The translations under genes and the position numbers were made by a program. This document shows positions 1 to 9,504 of a stretch of 36,083 nucleotides of DNA, one piece after another; positions within the stretch are counted from its first letter, which is position 1, and each line of letters opens with the position of its first letter. The stretch is from an uncultured Dehalococcoidia bacterium. GTDB taxonomy: Bacteria; Chloroflexota; Dehalococcoidia; Lucifugimonadales; Australimonadaceae. The notes below the pieces were generated by a model that saw only the letters and a list, made by a program, of their open reading frames with translations, did not search any database and was not told the origin of the DNA. The stretch is from assembly GCA_964596665.1 (NCBI GenBank), contig CAZQVD010000002.1, positions 1 through 36,083 of the forward strand, written 5' to 3'.

Positions 1-335
1 TTGCCGCCGATGCCATAACCGTCGCCGTCGCCGCCGGTGACGATGACGTTGAGCCCGTGATTAGCCAATTTGGCGCCCGTGGCCACTGCGAGCGCGCGGC
101 CGTGTAGCGTGTGCATGCCGTACGAGTTGATGTATCCAGGGAAGTTCGACGAGCAGCCGATGCCGCTCACCGTCAGGATCTGATGTGGCTTCAGCCCGAG
201 CTCTGCGCAGGCACGCTGCATGGCGTTCAGCACGCCGAAGTCGCCGCAGCCGGGGCACCAGTCGGGCTCCACCTTGGACTTGAAGTCCTTGGCCGTCAGC
301 TCGATGAATGGTTTTTCGCCTTGAGTTGTCGTCAT
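1..335 (-). CDS. korB: 2-oxoacid:ferredoxin oxidoreductase beta subunit (partial, runs off window start)
   Basis: Not in the ORF track. Manual translation from ATG 335 gives [34 protein letters not shown]...SGIGCSS...[18 protein letters not shown]...[11 protein letters not shown], with the WCPGCG and TPP-binding GDGD motifs. AAGGGGG RBS upstream; directly follows the alpha subunit. Confidence 0.95.
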   Translation of the reverse strand, partial: MTTTQGEKPFIELTAKDFKSKVEPDWCPGCGDFGVLNAMQRACAELGLKPHQILTVSGIGCSSNFPGYINSYGMHTLHGRALAVATGAKLANHGLNVIVTGGDGDGYGIGG

Positions 336-345
336 GAGACCCCCT

Positions 346-2121
346 TTAGACCACGATCTCTTGATACGGGATGTATTTCGCCGACGTGCCTTCCATCTGA
401 TCCAGCACCCCGTCCACGATGTGGTGGGGCATGAAGGGCTCTCCGTCGTACTTGCGGATGTGTCCGTCGATGCTGAGCCCGGTCTCGCCTCGCATGTAGC
501 GGTAGAACTGACCCGATTCGTTGTTCTCCACCACTATCGTCTTCTTCGATTTGTTCACGATCGCCGTGATTTCGTCTGCGTGGAACGGGACGATCCACTT
601 GATCGGCAGGTAGTTCACCTTCACGCCGCGCTCGGCCAGCAACGGAAGCGCATCGGCTATCGCCGCGTACGTGGATCCCCAGCCGATCAGCGTCACGTCC
701 GCATCTGTGGGGCCCTCCAGTGTCGGCGGTGCGATGTCGTCCAGAACGTGCTCGAACTTCCGGGACCGCTTCTCCACGCTCGCGCGCCGCTTGTGCGGGT
801 CCGTGAACTCGTCGCTCAGCAGCCCAGAGTTCTCGTCGTGCTCGTCGGTCGCCACCACGTGCACGTAGCCCTCGGTGCCAGGGAGCGCCCGAGGCGATAT
901 GCCCGATTCGGTGTTCGCATAGCGGAGGTACTCACCGCCATTCGACGCCTCACGGATCACCGCTCCCCGGTCGATGGTTGGCTGCAGGTTGATCTGGTCC
1001 GGGTCGATGCTGTAGCGACCCTCGCCGATGAGCAGGTCCGTAAGCACGATCCCCGGGCACTGGTATTTGTCCGTGAGGTTGAACAGCTCGGCCATCGTGT
1101 TGAACGTGTCGAGCGCTGTGAGCGGCGCTACGATGAAGCGCTGGAAGTCACCTTGGCTCGCGCCGAGAGCCTGCCACAGGTCCCCTTGCTCCGTCTTGGT
1201 CGGCACTCCGGTCGACGGGCCGGCGCGCATCACGTCGATGAAGACGGAAGGGATCTCCATCATCGACGCGGCACCGATCGCCTCCGTCATCAGCGCGAAA
1301 CCGCCCCCCGACGTTGCGCACATGGCCCTCGTGCCCGCATGCCCTGCGCCGATGACCATGTTCGCCACGCCGATCTCATCCTCAACCTGGCGGACCATGA
1401 TGCCGAGGTTGCGAGCGTTCGCGGCCATCCAATGCAGCACCCCGGTGGACGGGCTCATGGGGTAGGCGGCGTAGAACTTCACACCAGCCGCCGCTCCGCC
1501 CATCGCCGCCGCCTCGTTGCCTGACCACATCCCCAGCGGCTTCTCGCCGCTCGGGACCGGCGTGGGGAAGGGCACCACGTGCTCGGCCGCATGGTCGAAG
1601 CCGGCCCGCGCCACGCGCACGTTCTCATTCACGACGTCTTCGCCCTTACGCATGAACTGCTGCGTCAAGCTGTCCTGCAGGATCTGGAACTCCATGCCCA
1701 TGATGTGCATGATCGCGCCAATGGCCACGGTGTTTTGGTTCAGGCCCGATCGTGCGCTGCCGGTGAGCTCGGCGATGGGTAGCGGACAGAGCTGCACGCC
1801 TTCGGCATGGTCGCCCGGCGTGATGTTGTCGCTGTTGTACACGGCAACGGCACCCGGCCCCAACAAACCTAGGTGTTTGTTCATGGTGTTCTGGTCCAGG
1901 CACAGCAACAGGTCGAGCTTGTCGCCGTGGCTGTACTTCATCTCCTCCGTCACGCGGAGGGTTAGGAAGATGTGACCGCCTCGCACGATGGACTGGTACG
2001 CGTTGTACGTGTTCAGGTGCAGGCCGCGCCGCACGAGTATCCGCGCGAGGATGTCCCCCGGCGTTGCTATCCCCTGTCCAGCCTCGCCTCCGATGGCGAA
2101 GGCAAAATCAAACCCACTCAT
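346..2121 (-). CDS. korA: 2-oxoacid:acceptor oxidoreductase alpha subunit (fused gamma-alpha)
   Basis: 591 aa. N-terminal GGEAGQG gamma domain; [21 protein letters not shown] and [16 protein letters not shown] motifs; GGAGG RBS. Confidence 0.95.
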   Translation of the reverse strand: MSGFDFAFAIGGEAGQGIATPGDILARILVRRGLHLNTYNAYQSIVRGGHIFLTLRVTEEMKYSHGDKLDLLLCLDQNTMNKHLGLLGPGAVAVYNSDNITPGDHAEGVQLCPLPIAELTGSARSGLNQNTVAIGAIMHIMGMEFQILQDSLTQQFMRKGEDVVNENVRVARAGFDHAAEHVVPFPTPVPSGEKPLGMWSGNEAAAMGGAAAGVKFYAAYPMSPSTGVLHWMAANARNLGIMVRQVEDEIGVANMVIGAGHAGTRAMCATSGGGFALMTEAIGAASMMEIPSVFIDVMRAGPSTGVPTKTEQGDLWQALGASQGDFQRFIVAPLTALDTFNTMAELFNLTDKYQCPGIVLTDLLIGEGRYSIDPDQINLQPTIDRGAVIREASNGGEYLRYANTESGISPRALPGTEGYVHVVATDEHDENSGLLSDEFTDPHKRRASVEKRSRKFEHVLDDIAPPTLEGPTDADVTLIGWGSTYAAIADALPLLAERGVKVNYLPIKWIVPFHADEITAIVNKSKKTIVVENNESGQFYRYMRGETGLSIDGHIRKYDGEPFMPHHIVDGVLDQMEGTSAKYIPYQEIVV

Positions 2122-2175
2122 TCGTCCTCCCTATGCCGCTCCCGCGCGGCAGCGCCCCTTCGTGTCCCGGGCGGC

Positions 2176-3552
2176 TCAGATGTGCACCGCGCGGCCCTCT
2201 GCGGCGAGCGCGGCTTCCTTCACGACCTCCGAAAGCGTGGGGTGTGCGTTCACGACTGCGCCAACCTCCATGCTCGTACCTTCCATCACGCGAGTCAGGC
2301 TCAGCTCGCCTAACAGCTCCGTCACGTCGTGCCCAATCAGGTGCGCGCCCAGCAGCTCGCCGCTATTCGAGTCCACCAGCACCTTCGCGAAACCATCGTA
2401 GTCGTCCAAGGCCAGTGCCTTCGCGTTGGCGATGAACGGGAAACGGCCAACCTTCACGTCGCGCCGTTGCGCCTCGGCCTCCTGCTCCGTCAAGCCTCTG
2501 CTCGCCACCTGCGGGTTGCAGTACACTGCGCGTGGCACCGACAGGTAGTCGATCGGGTAGGCCTCGTGGCCGGCGATCCGCTCGGCCAAGTACACACCCT
2601 GACTCTGCGCCACGTGCGCGAGTGGCATCTTACCTGTCACGTCGCCGATCGCGTAGACGGCATCGCCGTTCGCCCGCAGATCGTCACCGACCGCGATGAA
2701 TCCGCGCTCGGCCACGATGCCCGCGTTCTCGAGTCCGAGGTCCTCCACGTTCCCCGTGATGCCCACCGCAACGACCACCCGGTCGGCCTCCACGTCGAGA
2801 TCACCTTCCGGCGACTCGATCTTCACGATCGCCTTGTTCTTCCGCGGCTCCACCCAGGCGCACTTGGAGCTCGCGAGGATGCTGATCCCCTGCTTCGTCA
2901 GCGCCTTGGCGAGCGCCGCGGCGATCTCCTCGTCCTCTTTCGGCAGGATGTGCGGCTCGAACTCCACCACGGTCACATTCGCACCATACGCGTTGTAGAC
3001 GTAGCCCAGCTCGAGTCCAATCGCACCCCCGCCCACGATCACGACTTCCTTCGGGACCGTGTCCTGGAGGATCGCCTCCCGGTAGGTCACTACCACCACC
3101 CCGTCCACATCGACGCCCGGCAGCGGCTGCGGGCGTGCGCCGGTGGCGATGATGACGTGCTTCGCTTCGATCCGTTCCTCGCCGACCACGACGGTGTGCG
3201 GGTCCACCAGGCGAGCCGTGCCTTCCACGTACTTGACCTCGTTCTTGCGGAGCAGGCTCGCAACGCCCTTGGCCAGCCTGTGGACGATGCGGCGGGAGCG
3301 CTGCAAGGCGACCGTGTAGTCCGCCTTCACCTTGCCCGTGGAGATCCCGTACTTCTCCGCGTCGTTCACCAGGCTCAGTACCTCGGCGTTCCTGATCAAC
3401 GCCTTACTAGGGACGCATCCCCAGTTCAGGCATACGCCGCCGATGGCCTCGCGCTCGACGCACACGGTACGCAGACCCAGCTGGGCAGCCCGGATGGCGG
3501 CGACGTAGCCGCCGGGCCCGGAACCGATGATGGCGAGATCGTACGATGCCAT
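2176..3552 (-). CDS. lpdA: Dihydrolipoyl dehydrogenase (E3)
   Basis: GSGPGGY FAD motif, GGVCLNWGCVPSK redox disulfide, GGGAIG NAD motif, C-terminal HPTLSE. Confidence 0.96.
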   Translation of the reverse strand: MASYDLAIIGSGPGGYVAAIRAAQLGLRTVCVEREAIGGVCLNWGCVPSKALIRNAEVLSLVNDAEKYGISTGKVKADYTVALQRSRRIVHRLAKGVASLLRKNEVKYVEGTARLVDPHTVVVGEERIEAKHVIIATGARPQPLPGVDVDGVVVVTYREAILQDTVPKEVVIVGGGAIGLELGYVYNAYGANVTVVEFEPHILPKEDEEIAAALAKALTKQGISILASSKCAWVEPRKNKAIVKIESPEGDLDVEADRVVVAVGITGNVEDLGLENAGIVAERGFIAVGDDLRANGDAVYAIGDVTGKMPLAHVAQSQGVYLAERIAGHEAYPIDYLSVPRAVYCNPQVASRGLTEQEAEAQRRDVKVGRFPFIANAKALALDDYDGFAKVLVDSNSGELLGAHLIGHDVTELLGELSLTRVMEGTSMEVGAVVNAHPTLSEVVKEAALAAEGRAVHI

Positions 3553-3583
3553 AGACGAAATCTTTCGCTCGACATGCCTGCGC

Positions 3584-3612
3584 TAGATGAGCGCCCTCAG
3601 GGCGCTCATCTA
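3584..3612. other. Perfect 13-bp hairpin in the lpdA 5' leader
   Basis: TAGATGAGCGCCC-TCA-GGGCGCTCATCTA. Confidence 0.8.
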
Positions 3613-3632
3613 CTCGAAAGGACCAGTTGCTC

Positions 3633-3661
3633 AGTATAGGTGTTGCGCCTACCCGTCGCAA
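3633..3661 (-). promoter_or_regulatory. Sigma70-type promoter of lpdA-korA-korB
   Basis: Minus strand TTGCGA (3661-3656), 17 nt spacer, TATACT (3638-3633); about 80 nt upstream of the lpdA ATG. Confidence 0.65.
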
Positions 3662-3938
3662 ACGGCACCGGTGGCGCCACGGCCAATCAGGAGCGCCCCA
3701 TATCGAGATATAGAACAGATCTATGAAGACACCGCTGATCTGAGCCTGGACGTGCGGCTTTGCGGTTTCCGCAAGCTGCGCCAAGCCCTCGGCTCGCTCC
3801 AGCGCTTCCGAGGACCAGGCCCGCGAATGGGCCGACCCCGTGACGTTGTCCGTGCCTGCGAATGGACCCATTTCCCAACCGCTGCACACGAGGCCCGTCG
3901 CCATGCCCTACACCGGCCCCGTATACTTTCTCATTGGC

Positions 3939-4664
3939 ATGGACGAACGCGACTTCCAGATACAAAGCGCCGTGGAGGACACCGTCGTCGTGCGCGCCCC
4001 CAAACAAGCGCTTGCCACCTTCGGCACCACCTCCGTTCGCTACTACCTTGTCTCGGAGCCCACCTACCGCGGCATCGCCGAACTCGGGAAGTCCGTGGCG
4101 CAGGACCCTGGCGAGACCGTGGTCCGCGAAGGGGCCGTGCTCGCCGGGCGTCCACAGGTCGTCACGCCCGACTACCTGTGGCGCCACGAGGGATTCGGCG
4201 ACAACGCCCCGCACTACCTGGAATGGCTCATGGAGCAATACGGCAAGGACCAGCCAGGGCTCCTCTACACCTACAGGAACCAGGGCATGGAGACCTCCAT
4301 CGTGTCAGGCGGTATCAACGAAGTCGCCGCTCGGATCGCTGAGCGCCTGAACCGGGAAGACCGTCGCCTCGAGGCTGTCGTCCAGGGTAGCGACAATCTG
4401 TGGGACGTGTCCCTGATGAAATTTATCTACGAGTTCACCAGCGACTCGGCCCGCTCCAACTTCGAGGAGATGAGCACCCACGGCCTCCTCCAGACCGACA
4501 GGGGTGTGCCTCGCGAGGCACACATGCGCATCCAGCGGCTCATCGAGGAGGCTCGCCGAGGCAACGTCGACCCCTCCGATGTGCATCGGGAGCTAGAGAA
4601 GTGGGATCTCTTCGACGAATACCAGGATCGCTTCTTGGCCCTGTTCAAGGGCAGGAGGCGCTGA
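3939..4664 (+). CDS. Hypothetical protein
   Basis: Globular-looking ORF with GC-biased codon usage. Start placed at ATG 3939 (MDERDFQIQ...), 11 nt after TATACT (3922-3927); the ORF track starts at 3840. No family recognised. Confidence 0.75.
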   Translation: MDERDFQIQSAVEDTVVVRAPKQALATFGTTSVRYYLVSEPTYRGIAELGKSVAQDPGETVVREGAVLAGRPQVVTPDYLWRHEGFGDNAPHYLEWLMEQYGKDQPGLLYTYRNQGMETSIVSGGINEVAARIAERLNREDRRLEAVVQGSDNLWDVSLMKFIYEFTSDSARSNFEEMSTHGLLQTDRGVPREAHMRIQRLIEEARRGNVDPSDVHRELEKWDLFDEYQDRFLALFKGRRR

Positions 4665-4791
4665 AGCAGCACGCTCGCTGATCGACCCCAAGTTTCGGCG
4701 GCACTACCGACAGTATCTCGCGGAGGTTCTGCTGGCGACCCTGTCCCTAAGCGCCGTCCTGCTCGCCGAGATGCTCCTCGCTGGCACCGCG

Positions 4792-5099
4792 GCAGGGTGC
4801 CATCCTGCACCTACCCGCTCCCGCGCTGCGACACAGAGGCGCCACTTTGCGCCCACTCCAACCTGGGGCGCGCGGTCAGACAGAGGGTGCAGGGAGTCAT
4901 ACCTGCTGGGTGTGACGAAGTGTTCCCATGCCGAGTGGGATTCAGTCTGGAGCCTAGCGAAGCGCAGGCGCTGCCGCTCAGCACCGATTGCCCGCAAGCC
5001 AAACCGCCGCCCGGCGACTTTAGCCCGGGAGCCGAAGCGAAGCGTAGGCGCACAGTTAGACGGGCCCCGCCGTAGCGAAGCGCAGTCGCAAAGTTAAAC
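4792..5099 (+). repeat. Cluster of three copies/fragments of the dispersed intergenic repeat
   Basis: Degenerate 5' end GCAGGGTGCCATCCTG (4792); 3' module TTCAGTCTGGAGCCTAGCGAAGCGCAGGCGC (4941-4971); near-full copy 4970-5061 ending GGCGCACAGTTAGAC; third 3' module GCCGTAGCGAAGCGCAGTCGCAAAGTTAAAC (5069-5099). Confidence 0.85.
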
Positions 5100-5105
5100 C
5101 AACCG

Positions 5106-5537
5106 CTAGCGCAACAAGAACCCGGTCGGCGACTTCAGCCGTTCCAGCGCTTCGGTCATGTCGGCCTGCTCCTGGCTGATCCACTCTGCGTACGGCGCGC
5201 CGGGCACTACGAACTCGCGGACGCGGGCGACGGCGGAGGCGTGCGGCTCGCTGCGGATGAAATCGCGCATCGACTCGGCGTCCGTCCACACCGTGTACGT
5301 CCAGAATTCCTTGCGCCACCACTTCGTCTTCAGCCCGCCCGCGACGAACCCCGGGGCGGCGCGGGCAGCCCGGTAGATTTGCATCGAGAGCCGCATGAAA
5401 GCGAATACCTGGCTGTACGAGTGAACTATCTGGTGCGTGCAGACGTGAACCATGGGGCCTGCGGCTTCCCGTAGCCGATCCCGCTCGTCCTGCTCCTCGA
5501 TCGCCCTGTTGATCCGTCGTAATCGTTCTTGTGCCAT
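5106..5537 (-). CDS. DUF3291/ABM-like (dimeric alpha+beta barrel) protein
   Basis: AARAAPGFV...FWTYTVWTDAESMRDFIRSEPHASA pattern typical of DUF3291/monooxygenase-like proteins; 4 nt downstream of the SDR. Confidence 0.7.
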   Translation of the reverse strand: MAQERLRRINRAIEEQDERDRLREAAGPMVHVCTHQIVHSYSQVFAFMRLSMQIYRAARAAPGFVAGGLKTKWWRKEFWTYTVWTDAESMRDFIRSEPHASAVARVREFVVPGAPYAEWISQEQADMTEALERLKSPTGFLLR

Positions 5538-5541
5538 GGTG

Positions 5542-6360
5542 CTACGAGATGTGCGAGGCTCCGTTCACCTCGAGCAACGCACCCGAGACGTAGTTGGCCA
5601 GCTCAGATGAGAGGAAAACGATGGGGCCCACGGCCTCTTCGACCTTGCCCACACGTTTCATGGGCAGCGCCTCGACCACCTTGTCACGGTGCGCCTTGGG
5701 CACTCCGAGCACCGCCTGGCCTAGGCGCTCCTCCTGCGATTCGCGAGCGCGGGTCAGGCGCGTGTCGATCGTGCCGAACGCCACTGAATTCGCCAGTATG
5801 TTGAACGCCGCACCCTCGATTGCGATCGTTCTAGTGAGCCCGACGATGCCGGCCTTCGCCGCCGAGTAATTCACCTGGCCGAGATTCCCGAAACCCGACT
5901 GCGACGACACGGTGACGATGTGCCGCGCAGGCGGCGATTCGCCTCGTTCGCGTTCCTGCTGCGCTCGCTCGCGCATCACCTTGAACGTGTCCCGAACCAC
6001 GTGGAACGTGCCCGTCAGGTGCACGTCGATGATTGCCTGCCACTGCTCGTCCGGCATGCGATGGGCCATGCCGTCCCAGGTATAGCCCGCCGCCGCGACC
6101 ACGATCCCGATGTCGCCGAAGCGATCCATTGCAGCCGTCACGAGCCGCTCGCCGATATCCGCGTCGGTGACCGAGCCTACCACCCCCGCGGCTTTGCCGC
6201 CCATCGCCTCGATCTGCGATAGCGTTTCGTCCAGCGGCTGCTGGTCCAGGTCGTTCACCACCAGACTCGCGCCCTGCTCCGCCAGAGAGAGAGCCACGCC
6301 TTGGCCGATGCCGCGCCCGGCGCCCGTCACGATCGCTACCCTGCCATCGATACCCAGCAC
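5542..6360 (-). CDS. Short-chain dehydrogenase/reductase (FabG-like)
   Basis: TGAGRGIG, NYSAAKAG (YxxxK); RBS GAGGTGAGG; -10 TAAAAT at 6416-6411. Confidence 0.92.
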   Translation of the reverse strand: MLGIDGRVAIVTGAGRGIGQGVALSLAEQGASLVVNDLDQQPLDETLSQIEAMGGKAAGVVGSVTDADIGERLVTAAMDRFGDIGIVVAAAGYTWDGMAHRMPDEQWQAIIDVHLTGTFHVVRDTFKVMRERAQQERERGESPPARHIVTVSSQSGFGNLGQVNYSAAKAGIVGLTRTIAIEGAAFNILANSVAFGTIDTRLTRARESQEERLGQAVLGVPKAHRDKVVEALPMKRVGKVEEAVGPIVFLSSELANYVSGALLEVNGASHIS

Positions 6361-6462
6361 TACCTCACCTCGCGCTACACGCCTCGACCCATCTTCGGGT
6401 CAGGGTGGACATTTTAGAGGCTTCGGCGGCGAAGAACAAAGCCTGCTGGTACCATCTAGCCC

Positions 6463-8370
6463 GTGGTTGCCTCACCCCCCACAGAAAGACGATTGCTCAC
6501 CCTTGAGCTCAGCGGCCTGGGCCGCCTAGGCGAGGCGCTGGCCGAGGCCGACGGCAAGCAGGTGTACGTCTTCGGCGGCATCCCTGGCGAGACCGTCGTC
6601 GCTGAAGTGCTGCGCGAGCGTCGAGGCTACGTCGCGGCGCAGGTCGTCGAGGTCGTGCGCCCATCGCCCCATCGGATCGAGCCCGCATGTGGGTATTTCG
6701 GCCGGTGCACCGGCTGCCAGTGGCAGCATGTGCACTACGACCGTCAGCTCGCCATGAAGCGCGAGATCGTCGTGGACGCACTCGACCGCATCGGCGGCCT
6801 GAGCGACATCGACGTGCGGCCTATGCTTGCGAGCCCTGATCAGCTGGAGTATCGCAACCACGCACGTTTCACCATCAGCCGGCCGCCCCGTGATCGCGAG
6901 GAGGCCTGGCGCCCGGGGCGCCTCGGCTACGTCCATCGCGAGATCCGCAGGCATGTGGAGATCGAACGTTGCCTGCTCATGGCGCCATGGATCAACGAGT
7001 CGTTGGCAGCACTCCAGGGTCACGTGGCCGAGACGACCCAGCTCTCGCTGCGGTACGGAGCCAACACCGGAGACTGGCTGCTCCAGCCGACCATGCGAGC
7101 CGCCGAAGTGCCCATGGTGTCCGGGCAGAAGCACTACAACGAGTCGTTGCTGGGGCACACGTTCCAGGTCTCTTCGCCTTCGTTCTTCCAGGTCAACACC
7201 AAGCAGACGGAGCAGATGGCGGTCATGGTCATCGACGCCCTTCAGCTCACCGGTGGAGAGACCGTTGTCGACGCCTACGCTGGCGTGGGCACCTTCGCGG
7301 TGCTCGTCTCCGACACCGCCGCGCAGGTCATCGCTGTGGAGGAATCGTCCGCGGCGCTGGCCGACGCCCGCGTTAACGTCGAGGGCCTGGATAACGTCGA
7401 GCTGCAACGGGCCAAGACCGAAGACGTGCTGATGGAGATCTGCACGCCTGCCGCCTCCGCCAACGTTCGCGTCATCCTCGACCCGCCTCGCGCCGGATGC
7501 ATGCCGGGGACGCTCGCCGCACTGATCGCCGCACCCCCGGCGCGCATCGTGTATGCCTCCTGCGACCCGGAGACACTGGCCCGCGACCTCAAGGTGCTCA
7601 CCGACGGTCCCTTCCGGATTGAGTCGGTTCAGCCCATCGACATGTTTCCGCAGACCCACCACATCGAGTGCCTCACCACGCTCGTGCTCGACCCCGAGCG
7701 CCAGCGTCGCCTCACTGATCGCAGTTCGATCGTGCTCGCCTCATCGTCGCCGCGTCGTCAGGAGATACTTGCCGCTCTCGGCATCGATTTCGCCATCGAG
7801 ATTACCGACGTGCCAGAGCCACCCGCTGATGAGAGCGACGATCCCCTGGAGTTGGCGACCGCTCGGGCGATGGTCAAGGCTCGCGAAGCAGCCACGCGCC
7901 GTGGCGCGGGCACCGTCGTGGGCGCCGATACGGTCGTTGCGCTCGACGGCGTGGTCCTAGGCAAGCCGGCCGGCGCCGATGAGGCGCGATCCATGTTGCG
8001 TGCGCTCCGTGGGCGCGAGCATCGCGTGATCACGGCCGTCGCCTTGATGGACGCGGCCACCGGCGAGAGCCTTGACGGCCACCGGTCGTCTCGAGTGCTG
8101 ATGCGCGAGTACAGCGACGAGGAGATCGAGGCCTACGTCGCCTCGGGCGATCCATTTGACAAGGCCGGTGCCTACGCCGTCCAGAGTACGTCGTTCGCGC
8201 CGGCGGCCGACGTGCGCGGCTGCTACCTCAACGTGGTCGGCTTACCCGTGTGCACACTGCTGAAGCTGGCGAGTCGATTCGGGATCCAGCTTGAGATCGA
8301 CCGCGGGCGCCTCCCTGCCGGCCTGCACCGCTGCCCTGAATGCTCCAAGCAGGCGGGCGGAGCTGCATGA
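6463..8370 (+). CDS. rlmD: Fusion of 23S rRNA m5U methyltransferase (RlmD/TrmA family) and Maf (YhdE-type) nucleoside-triphosphate pyrophosphatase
   Basis: N-part: TRAM domain, CGYFGRCTGCQWQH Fe-S motif, SFFQVN, DAYAGVG, LDPPRAG, YASCDPETLARD, DMFPQTHHIE. C-part: IVLASSSPRR, GADTVV, LGKP, DKAGAYAVQ, NVVGLP. No intervening stop. Confidence 0.93.
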   Translation: MVASPPTERRLLTLELSGLGRLGEALAEADGKQVYVFGGIPGETVVAEVLRERRGYVAAQVVEVVRPSPHRIEPACGYFGRCTGCQWQHVHYDRQLAMKREIVVDALDRIGGLSDIDVRPMLASPDQLEYRNHARFTISRPPRDREEAWRPGRLGYVHREIRRHVEIERCLLMAPWINESLAALQGHVAETTQLSLRYGANTGDWLLQPTMRAAEVPMVSGQKHYNESLLGHTFQVSSPSFFQVNTKQTEQMAVMVIDALQLTGGETVVDAYAGVGTFAVLVSDTAAQVIAVEESSAALADARVNVEGLDNVELQRAKTEDVLMEICTPAASANVRVILDPPRAGCMPGTLAALIAAPPARIVYASCDPETLARDLKVLTDGPFRIESVQPIDMFPQTHHIECLTTLVLDPERQRRLTDRSSIVLASSSPRRQEILAALGIDFAIEITDVPEPPADESDDPLELATARAMVKAREAATRRGAGTVVGADTVVALDGVVLGKPAGADEARSMLRALRGREHRVITAVALMDAATGESLDGHRSSRVLMREYSDEEIEAYVASGDPFDKAGAYAVQSTSFAPAADVRGCYLNVVGLPVCTLLKLASRFGIQLEIDRGRLPAGLHRCPECSKQAGGAA

Positions 8371-8672
8371 ACCTATTCGGCGTCGGCAACCTCGAGATCA
8401 TCGTGATTCTGCTCGTGGCGCTGCTCGTCCTGGGCCCTGGGCGCATGGTCGACGCCGCACGCTCCCTGGGCCAGTTCTGGAACGACGCCCAACGCACGCT
8501 CCGCGCGGCCGCGGATGCTGCGACCGTCAGGCTCGACGAGCCGCTGACGCTGTCCACCCCACGCGACCCGTTACCCGATCCCGAGGGCGCAGTCGACCGC
8601 GAGCAAGCCAGCGACCCGGCGCCACCGGCCGAGTCGTCCGCGGAGCCAGAGACGCAATCCCGTGGCCAGTAA
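8367..8672 (+). CDS. tatA: Twin-arginine translocase TatA/TatB family subunit
   Basis: MNLFGVGNLEIIVILLVALLVLGPGRM: one TM helix plus an amphipathic helix; ATGA overlap with the upstream gene; precedes tatC. Could be TatB-like. Confidence 0.85.
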   Translation: MNLFGVGNLEIIVILLVALLVLGPGRMVDAARSLGQFWNDAQRTLRAAADAATVRLDEPLTLSTPRDPLPDPEGAVDREQASDPAPPAESSAEPETQSRGQ

Positions 8673-9498
8673 CACCATGACGCTTAGGGAGCACCTCGAC
8701 GAGCTGCGCAAGCGGCTCATGTTCTCCTTGGCGTTCCTCGTGCTGGCGATGGTGGCCGCGTTCATCTTCCGCGACCGCGCTATCGACTTCCTGCTCGAGC
8801 CCGGCTTCGGCCCGCTCGACAAGCGCCCCATCGCAACCGAGGTGCTGGAGACCGTCGGAGTCACCTTCAAGGTTTCACTGATGGTCGGATTTGTGGCTTC
8901 GCTACCGGTGATCCTCTACCAACTCATCATGTTCGTCTCACCCGGCCTCACGGGGCGCGAGAAGCTGTACCTGTTCATGTTCCTCCCGGGTGTGCTGATT
9001 GCCTTCGGCGGGGGTGTGGCCTTCGGCTACTACGTCCTGTTCCCGCCCGCTTTCGACTTCCTCTTCCACTTCGGTGCGGCGAACGTGGACGCCGAGATAC
9101 GCATCGCCTCCTACATGAACGTAATCACCTCGCTCATGTTCTGGATGGGCGTCGTCTTCCAGATCCCCCTCGTCATGTTCGCGCTCGCCCGGCTCGGCGT
9201 CGTGACGCCTCGGTGGCTCGGCCGCTTCCGGCGTATCGCCGTCGTGCTGGCCTTCGTGGCTGCGGCGATGATCACGCCGACGTTCGATCCCGTGAACCAA
9301 ACGCTGGTTGCAGTGCCCATCATCGTGCTGTACGAACTCGGCATCCTGCTCGCGCGCCTCGGCCAGCGCCTGCGCCGCAGGAAAGAACCCAAGCCCGTCC
9401 GAGCGCGCTGGTTCAGGCGCCTCGGCCGCACGTTGCGAGCACACCGAAAACTGCGATTCTGGCGCCGCGGCTCCGAGCCGCCCGCGTCTGTGGAGTAG
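8662..9498 (+). CDS. tatC: Twin-arginine translocase subunit TatC
   Basis: MTLREHLDELRKRL, FVSPGL..REK, FQIP, ITPTFDP..Q, LYE motifs; alternative start ATG 8677. Confidence 0.95.
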   Translation: MASNTMTLREHLDELRKRLMFSLAFLVLAMVAAFIFRDRAIDFLLEPGFGPLDKRPIATEVLETVGVTFKVSLMVGFVASLPVILYQLIMFVSPGLTGREKLYLFMFLPGVLIAFGGGVAFGYYVLFPPAFDFLFHFGAANVDAEIRIASYMNVITSLMFWMGVVFQIPLVMFALARLGVVTPRWLGRFRRIAVVLAFVAAAMITPTFDPVNQTLVAVPIIVLYELGILLARLGQRLRRRKEPKPVRARWFRRLGRTLRAHRKLRFWRRGSEPPASVE

Positions 9499-9504
9499 AC
9501 GGCC

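Noticed and set aside
334-3639. Long plus-strand ORFs (334-1524, 2329-3639) and similar antisense ORFs elsewhere (e.g. 6526-7662, 22938-24092, 32915-34825)
   Set aside because: Shadow ORFs opposite well-supported genes, expected from high-GC codon bias; no motifs.
3712-3725. Possible LexA box (GAAC-N4-GTTC type) at AGAACAGATCTATG
   Set aside because: The second half-site matches poorly and no SOS gene is adjacent.
4941-5099. Three tandem repeat modules resembling a CRISPR array
   Set aside because: Units are degenerate with very unequal spacing, there are no cas genes, and they belong to the dispersed repeat family.
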